A stretch of DNA of 64,000 bases from an uncultured virus (IMG/VR IMGVR_UViG_3300038520_001826) (lineage: Duplodnaviria; Heunggongvirae; Uroviricota; Caudoviricetes), in IMG/VR virus record IMGVR_UViG_3300038520_001826. One strand, 5' to 3'. Made by a program: the position numbers and the translations under genes. Below the pieces are notes generated by a model that saw only the letters and a program-made list of their open reading frames with translations, had not been told where the DNA came from and made no database searches. Shown piece after piece: positions 58,295 through 64,000 of this stretch. The first letter of the stretch is position 1, and each line of letters opens with the position of its first letter.

Positions 58295-58440
58295 TGTTCG
58301 CCTTCCTTGTTTCTCATCAATCTTCTCATATAATCTTCAACGCTATCATCGGTGATATTTGTTCCACCAAATGCAGCGAAAAAGAGCAATAAGAGAACTG
58401 TTAAGAAAACAAGAAGAAAGAACCAATCCCAGCCTTCCAT
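58291..58440 (-). CDS. 49-aa membrane-anchored peptide, not in ORF track
   Basis: MEGWDWFFLLVFLTVLLLLFFAAFGG...; coupled to both neighbours. Confidence 0.6.
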   Translation of the reverse strand: MEGWDWFFLLVFLTVLLLLFFAAFGGTNITDDSVEDYMRRLMRNKEGEQ

Positions 58441-59033
58441 TACCAATCAACTCCCAATTCAACAAATTGTTCTTGTTCAACAGAAAATGCTTTAACTAAA
58501 CCATTATCCTGTCCATACTTCCATAAGTCATACACTAGTTGAGTATCTTTCATACAATACTCTACTACTTCATCATACTTACCCATCTTCCATAATTTAG
58601 GTGCATCAGCACTATCCATGAGTTTAGAATCATCCATAGTGCATTTAACTAAATTACTAAGTTGAAACCTTTCACCATGTTCTTTATTTAAGATTCTACT
58701 TGTATCAATATACTTCTTTTCATCGAGGTATTTGTTGATACAAAATATATCTAATGAATCTCTAAGAATTGGCAAATCAAATGAAGCAATATTGTGTCCT
58801 AACAATACTCCGCCCTTTTGCAAATGTTCATCCAAGTCATATTTCAATTCTCTAATAGATTTAATTACATGACCCGATTTAGCAAAAGAATCAACAGGTT
58901 CATCAACATAAACAGTTCCATTATTTCCATCCCATGTAGCAACTGTTGATACTTGAAACATATGAGTATTTCCAAATCCACCGATGTCATAAGACATATT
59001 TTTGGTTTCTAAGTCAATAGCCATTACAGACAT
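58440..59033 (-). CDS. DEDD/RNase H-like 3'-5' exonuclease
   Basis: AIDLET (ExoI), GHNIASFD (ExoII), YCMKD (ExoIII). Confidence 0.88.
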   Translation of the reverse strand: MSVMAIDLETKNMSYDIGGFGNTHMFQVSTVATWDGNNGTVYVDEPVDSFAKSGHVIKSIRELKYDLDEHLQKGGVLLGHNIASFDLPILRDSLDIFCINKYLDEKKYIDTSRILNKEHGERFQLSNLVKCTMDDSKLMDSADAPKLWKMGKYDEVVEYCMKDTQLVYDLWKYGQDNGLVKAFSVEQEQFVELGVDW

Positions 59034-59038
59034 AGTTA

Positions 59039-59260
59039 TCATTCCTGTTGCCAAAGTTTAGAAATCTTCTTTTGCTCATCATCACCTTTATCTTCTTCAA
59101 CATCTGTTCTTCTCTTTAAGAAGCAAACGATGTTGTTTCCTGCTACTGTTAGCATAGAACAACATTCCCAACCATCAGCACCATATGTATCTAAAGATTC
59201 AATAATTACTTTTGGCCCTTTTGCTACCTCAAAAACAAGGTATGTGTTTTCCCACTTCAT
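59039..59260 (-). CDS. DUF4177-like small protein
   Basis: MKWE...LDTYGADGWEC...CFLKR pattern. Confidence 0.6.
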   Translation of the reverse strand: MKWENTYLVFEVAKGPKVIIESLDTYGADGWECCSMLTVAGNNIVCFLKRRTDVEEDKGDDEQKKISKLWQQE

Positions 59261-60711
59261 TCTTTTTCATCTCCTTTATATTTTACGAATACTGAACGGC
59301 CAACCTTATCTTCTTCAAACTTATGAGAAATTGTTTTGTAATAGTTATAAATACTAGGTTGGCTCTTTTTTGTTTCTTTTTGAACTCTATCAAGGTATAA
59401 TTTCTTACTTACAAAGCCTTCTTCGTCTTTTTCCATTTCTAAGAATACCTTAATAAAAGATGGAATCATGCTCTTTTCCTCAAGAGTCTTGCGTCGAACT
59501 CGGAGGCTATCAGTTAGCCAATCCACCAATGACTTATAGCATTGTCGGACAATTGCTGACGCTTGACGGACATTATTGCCCGTTACAATGAATCGCTTGC
59601 TTTTATCCTTAATTGAAGGACTTTGTGCAATAGAACATAATACACTTAACTTCATCAATGTTTCCATTAATCTAGTAGTAAAGTTCCCTGCAATCTCTTT
59701 CACTTCTTTACGCTTGCTTTGAATAAACTCATGCATATTCTCGTATTCAAAAAGCAAAGCATCGTTAAACTCTTTAGAATACGTCATTGTATCTAAAGGA
59801 TTACGCCCTACTTCTTCATATCTTTCCTTTAGGGTCGAATAGATATTAAATATAGCATTGGCAAATCTTTCAATTGGTTGATTAACTTCAACATATTTAC
59901 CTGCCAATGCTATTTGCTCTCTTCTCATCGTGTCTTGAACCTTATCTTCTACCGCCCAAACAAACACTAACATTCTTTGAAGCACACCCTTTTCGGCCAT
60001 TACATCCTCTAAGTTCTTTGGAGGATATGTCATTGCCATTACCGAGCGTTCACAGAAACATTCCATTATATCGCCTTCTTTGAGTTTTTTCGTAATAATC
60101 CATGATTCGCCTGCTAAGGTATTCATTAGTGTATTCAAATATACAATGGAACTTTCTTTGTGTTGTGTTGCCTTAAATACTCCAGAATATTCAAACTCAT
60201 CCCAATGAGCCAAACCACTTCCTTCTAAAGCCCCTGCAATTCTTTCCCAATCATCATTGCCATCTTCATCAAATACTTTCTTATAATAACCAATAAGAGA
60301 TGCATCTGTATAATCAACCAATGAAAAGGTATCAAAGATTTTTGGTATTGCAATATCGTTCCTTACTGCTCTAGGGTGTCCTTGATTTTCATTTATCTTT
60401 CTAAAGACGGATTTAGCAATTGGCCCTACAAAGTTATAAAGAGTTGATTTACCAGTTCCAGATGTTTGAATCCAACAAAAATGGATTCTACTATCTGATA
60501 TATTTCTACCCTTTGGTATTTGCACAAAGTCTTTTGAAACTTGACCTAAAATAGTAAAGAAAGAAATAGCCGCAGGAACTTCATTATAGTGTGATACTTC
60601 TGTTGCTGATTTCTGAAACTCCCTTACAATTGCAGGTAATGATTCTGACATCGTTCTTCTATCTTCAAATACTTCTTCAAGCATTTCTTCGTTAATTTCT
60701 TCTTCATTCAT
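59257..60711 (-). CDS. AAA+ ATPase, MCM-like replicative helicase candidate
   Basis: SGTGKS Walker A, TDASLIG, HWDEFE Walker B, TTRL; C-terminal wHTH-like. Confidence 0.75.
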   Translation of the reverse strand: MNEEEINEEMLEEVFEDRRTMSESLPAIVREFQKSATEVSHYNEVPAAISFFTILGQVSKDFVQIPKGRNISDSRIHFCWIQTSGTGKSTLYNFVGPIAKSVFRKINENQGHPRAVRNDIAIPKIFDTFSLVDYTDASLIGYYKKVFDEDGNDDWERIAGALEGSGLAHWDEFEYSGVFKATQHKESSIVYLNTLMNTLAGESWIITKKLKEGDIMECFCERSVMAMTYPPKNLEDVMAEKGVLQRMLVFVWAVEDKVQDTMRREQIALAGKYVEVNQPIERFANAIFNIYSTLKERYEEVGRNPLDTMTYSKEFNDALLFEYENMHEFIQSKRKEVKEIAGNFTTRLMETLMKLSVLCSIAQSPSIKDKSKRFIVTGNNVRQASAIVRQCYKSLVDWLTDSLRVRRKTLEEKSMIPSFIKVFLEMEKDEEGFVSKKLYLDRVQKETKKSQPSIYNYYKTISHKFEEDKVGRSVFVKYKGDEKE

Positions 60712-61403
60712 ATTTTCACCTTATCTTCTGAATTTAATACATTAAGTATTCTGTCTGCTAATGTTTTACCAAACCCTTCTAGTTTTTGAATTTCAAAACT
60801 AGTTTGTTCTCCTATTTCCATAACAGACCCAAAACTATCTATTAACAGTTTTGCTTTTTTATAGGACACTCCTTTTATGCTTGTTAAAATATCTAACCTT
60901 AAATCGTCGGTGCTTATTCTTTTAAATATTTGTGGTCTTATATTTTCTCTTTTAATTGGTTGCATTTTACATACTGCTGTAATAATGTCTGATGCTTCTT
61001 CTTCGCTATGAACCCAAAATGGCTTTGCATCCATATCTAATGTTATTCTTCCTAATGCTCCTAAAAATTTATTTCTTAGCATAATTAATCTTGATTTTAC
61101 TGGTAATGTGCTTTTTGAGTGTTCAATAATTTTCCAAATTCCTTCTTCTAAATCTCCATATATAATAACAACATTTGTTTGATAGTGTCTATCCATATTA
61201 TCCAATTGTGTCCATAGTCTTTTTGACATTACAGACCCAATAAAATCTTCAACGGACTTCGCTTCAAAACAAACATTATCATATACATAATCTCCTATTT
61301 CTAACCATTTCTTTTCTGTCTTTATGTTTAATTTTCGTGCTTTATCTTCGACTAACTTTACTAATCTCGAACCTTCTTTTTCTCTACTATCAATTATTAA
61401 CAT
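60708..61403 (-). CDS. ERCC4/XPF-family nuclease with HhH motifs
   Basis: IIDSRE, GDY, EAKSVEDFIGS, IKGVS...LEGFG. Confidence 0.9.
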   Translation of the reverse strand: MLIIDSREKEGSRLVKLVEDKARKLNIKTEKKWLEIGDYVYDNVCFEAKSVEDFIGSVMSKRLWTQLDNMDRHYQTNVVIIYGDLEEGIWKIIEHSKSTLPVKSRLIMLRNKFLGALGRITLDMDAKPFWVHSEEEASDIITAVCKMQPIKRENIRPQIFKRISTDDLRLDILTSIKGVSYKKAKLLIDSFGSVMEIGEQTSFEIQKLEGFGKTLADRILNVLNSEDKVKI

Positions 61404-62430
61404 CTGGAAACCTCCAACATTTACCTACACAATAGCCTTCCGATATTAACTTATTACAGAACGGTGTTTTGTAATTACCATTTACTGTAAATCTTGCGTG
61501 TTTGCGTGTTTCGCTTTCATCCCAATCTAACCACACATCATCTCTTTCTCCAAAAGAAGTTTTGATTTCAGATACAATCATATCAAGGACTTTGTTCTTT
61601 TCTTCTAACGAATTGAGATTCGTTCCGAGAGTCAATAAATCTCTATACCATGAAACGAGGTATGCTCTCGCCATATGCGAAGGATTCTCCGTCATTATAG
61701 CATTGTGCAAACATGGCAATAGTGGGAGTTTTCCATCATACTTCGGAACGGAAACTTCGCCTTCTACTTCATCTATGGGGGGTTGTTCGGGAAACTTGAC
61801 CTTGATATTACCCACCTTTCTGAAAGGAATACTTCTTGGTTTGGATGCTAATACAATCAATTCATCAAGACTTAAAGAAAGGTCATCATAAAACAAAGGA
61901 ATACAGAAAAGAGCATTTCCATTCTTATCAGAAGACGACATATTAACAGTATTTGGAACTCGCCTCAAACGAGTCTTTTGCCCTACTCTATCATCTAAAG
62001 TATTTTCAATCCCAACCTTTTCAATAAGCATATTTTTTATCTCCTTAAAATATGCTTGAATGTTTCTGATATTGTCAGTTCTTTCACCATCTAAAAACAA
62101 ATGAAAACCTCTTCCAGAAAAAAATAAAGTATGGCTAATATTTTGTTCTATTACCCAATCCATTAATACTTTAATATCCCTATACGCATTTTTAAGGTCG
62201 CCATCATGTCCGTCAAAATCCAAAAATATCCTGTCTAGTATTACAGATGAATCAATCTGCGCAGTTTCACTAAAATGCTCAAAATCATAAACAGTCGTAT
62301 AAACATTCGTTCTGTTATTCTGAATTTTTACAAAATTAATGTAGTCATTCTTCGTCAGAACTATTTTTCTTTTCATCTGTGGTGCGTTCTTTATGTGGCT
62401 TCCCGCCCAAACTGCTCTCGGAAATTTCAT
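61390..62430 (-). CDS. archaeo-eukaryotic primase, catalytic domain fused to a PriL-like Cys domain
   Basis: FLDFD, FSGRGFH, RLRRVPNT; C-terminal LPCL...HMAR...PFC...YCVGKC. Confidence 0.85.
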   Translation of the reverse strand: MKFPRAVWAGSHIKNAPQMKRKIVLTKNDYINFVKIQNNRTNVYTTVYDFEHFSETAQIDSSVILDRIFLDFDGHDGDLKNAYRDIKVLMDWVIEQNISHTLFFSGRGFHLFLDGERTDNIRNIQAYFKEIKNMLIEKVGIENTLDDRVGQKTRLRRVPNTVNMSSSDKNGNALFCIPLFYDDLSLSLDELIVLASKPRSIPFRKVGNIKVKFPEQPPIDEVEGEVSVPKYDGKLPLLPCLHNAIMTENPSHMARAYLVSWYRDLLTLGTNLNSLEEKNKVLDMIVSEIKTSFGERDDVWLDWDESETRKHARFTVNGNYKTPFCNKLISEGYCVGKCWRFPDVNN

Positions 62431-62716
62431 TGTTACTACCTCCAAAATTTACTGTTGCTTTATCTAGCATATTTCTAATTGTTCCTGCTACCTCTGCTCT
62501 TAAATGTGTCATGCATAATTCTTTCAATACATCTGGATAATAAGAACCAACCATTGTATCGTTGATTTTAGTTTCCTTGACCATTCCAAATCTTTCAATT
62601 AGATTCATTTCTGAATATAATTCTGTTGCTAGTTGTTCAATGGAAGATGAAAGATTTGAAATCTCATTGAAAGTCCACGACTTTGCTTTTACCTTTAACT
62701 CAATCACTTCTTTCAT
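62345..62716 (-). CDS. hypothetical protein
   Basis: GGAGG RBS in the replication operon. Confidence 0.65.
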   Translation of the reverse strand: MKEVIELKVKAKSWTFNEISNLSSSIEQLATELYSEMNLIERFGMVKETKINDTMVGSYYPDVLKELCMTHLRAEVAGTIRNMLDKATVNFGGSNNEISESSLGGKPHKERTTDEKKNSSDEE

Positions 62717-62868
62717 TTTCTGCCTCCATAGTCATTATTTTCATAATAAGAAAATCGCTAAAAGATAATGGCGGTTGGTAATTAAACTTTATTTGGTCAT
62801 ACAAATCCTTTAGTTCGATTTTATATTTTACAATCTTATCTTTTGCAACTAATGTTTTTCTCACATTA

Positions 62869-63774
62869 TCACACCCATGAATCATCTTGTGCGGCATCAC
62901 AAATACCAAAATAAGAACAATGAGCGCAAGTCTTGTAAAAGAACTTAGCAGGGAATTGTTCTCTTTCATAGTGATGAATTAACTTAGCAATATTATTCAT
63001 TACAGAAGTCATAGACCTCTTCTTTCTTTCTTCTGCATAAATGTAGTTCGATGCTGGATAATACCAACCCCAATGTGTTACTTTATCATTAGGGTCAAGA
63101 CCATTCTTAATCATAACTTCATCTGTTGCATTCTCAATAAGTAATTCATAAAATGCCATTTCTTTTCTCATTGAGGTTCTCTTGTAATCTTTCCAAGCAC
63201 CTGTCTTATATTCAAAAGGAACAAGACCACCGTTTTCTTTAAAAATACGGTCAATGATTCCTTGAATATGGATTACATAATCTCTTTGCAAAGGAAACTT
63301 AGGATTGATGTTTGCAGGGATTGTAATTTCTGCATCAAACTTTCCTTCATTACAAACAGGTAAATATTCATGGACTTTACCTTCTGCCTTTGCTTCAATA
63401 AATCGTTGTGCTTCAAGAGAAGCAACAGTCAATGAAATATCATAGTATTCATCAACAGGCATTAATCCTGTGCAATATTCTAGGATTTCACTATTGTTCA
63501 TTTTTTCCGCCTTCTTAACATCAAAGTCATCAAAGAACTTCTCTCTATGATTGTGAAGAACCGTTCCTTTAAGCATCGCTTCGGTTTGGTCTTGAGGCAA
63601 CCGTTGAACATAAGAAAAGTCGTATTTCTTTGGACACCAATCAAAAGTTCCCAAAGAAGACTTAGTTATTTTCAAGATAGGCATAGAGGGGTCATCATAA
63701 TTTTCGTGATTCCATTGATAAGTGTATTCTCTCATCGAAGAAATCACCGCATTATATTTTTCGTCGTCGTTCAT
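62869..63774 (-). CDS. Cas4/RecB-like PD-(D/E)XK nuclease with Fe-S cysteines
   Basis: CPKK...GTVLH, GIIDRI, EYKTG, CAHCSYFGIC. Confidence 0.88.
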   Translation of the reverse strand: MNDDEKYNAVISSMREYTYQWNHENYDDPSMPILKITKSSLGTFDWCPKKYDFSYVQRLPQDQTEAMLKGTVLHNHREKFFDDFDVKKAEKMNNSEILEYCTGLMPVDEYYDISLTVASLEAQRFIEAKAEGKVHEYLPVCNEGKFDAEITIPANINPKFPLQRDYVIHIQGIIDRIFKENGGLVPFEYKTGAWKDYKRTSMRKEMAFYELLIENATDEVMIKNGLDPNDKVTHWGWYYPASNYIYAEERKKRSMTSVMNNIAKLIHHYEREQFPAKFFYKTCAHCSYFGICDAAQDDSWV

Positions 63775-63775
63775 T

Positions 63776-63940
63776 TTAATCCTTCCTGTCTTTTATTTCG
63801 CATTCAAGAAAATCAATAGTCAAAATAAGGTGGTCAATAAATGAATATTCTCCTAATTGTCCTTCCTCATCTTCAACTAACATTCTTCCATAGTGTTCCA
63901 TCAGTTTTTTCTTTTTCTTTTCTATCTCTTCTCTATTCAT
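63776..63940 (-). CDS. 54-aa hypothetical protein, not in ORF track
   Basis: MNREEIEKKKKK...; fits the operon packing. Confidence 0.55.
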   Translation of the reverse strand: MNREEIEKKKKKLMEHYGRMLVEDEEGQLGEYSFIDHLILTIDFLECEIKDRKD

Positions 63941-63941
63941 T

Positions 63942-64000
63942 TTACCACCATTCGTCTAATTTCATTTGTATTTTTCCTGTTCTTATTGAAGATACATCCC
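63942..64000 (-). CDS. C-terminus of a PCNA-binding protein, possibly family B DNA polymerase (partial)
   Basis: Ends IQMKLDEWW, a PIP-box-like Qxxhxxaa motif; PolB identity is inferred from context only. Confidence 0.45.
   Translation of the reverse strand, partial: DVSSIRTGKIQMKLDEWW

Noticed and set aside
59039..59260. MKWENTYL as another W-tag
   Set aside because: It lacks the hhK ending, lies in the replication operon and fits a DUF4177-like N-terminus
62869..63774. CRISPR-Cas system suggested by the Cas4-like gene
   Set aside because: No cas1/cas2 or array in the window; stand-alone Cas4-like nucleases are common in archaeal virus replication modules

Overview
The window is a contiguous 64-kb part of an AT-rich tailed (siphovirus-like, HK97-fold) virus of archaea. 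Archaeal GGTGA/GGAGG ribosome-binding sites, TATA-type promoters and archaeal-type replication genes (AEP primase, ERCC4 nuclease, MCM-like ATPase, PIP boxes) suggest a marine Poseidoniales (MGII) virus, or 'magrovirus'; this assignment is inference. Layout: (1) 1-5.3 kb, minus strand: accessory genes, MazG-like pyrophosphatase, UvrD helicase, tRNA-Leu(UAA) and structured non-coding segments. (2) 5.3-11.1 kb: an origin-like AT-rich region and an 'early'-type island with four paralogous genes, a repeated ACCATATGGT palindrome at promoters and strong hairpins. (3) 11.1-58.1 kb, plus strand: virion module with probable TerS, TerL, a LAGLIDADG protein, portal, DNA ligase, protease/scaffold, major capsid protein, an Arf-like small GTPase cassette and tail genes. 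(4) 58.1-64 kb, minus strand: replication module. The most striking observations are: about 19 unrelated ORFs in the head region share an N-terminal M-(x)-W-x-x-h-h-K tag that resembles the scaffold C-terminus (a candidate capsid cargo-loading system); two paralogous mRNAs have 5' and 3' UTRs that form 18-24 bp G.U-containing panhandles; a covarying RNA motif occurs in three copies; and a viral Arf-like GTPase sits next to membrane proteins. All functional calls come from reading motifs by eye; no database searches were run. Three 10-N gaps (5682, 7690, 45263) are assembly artefacts, and two of them split genes.
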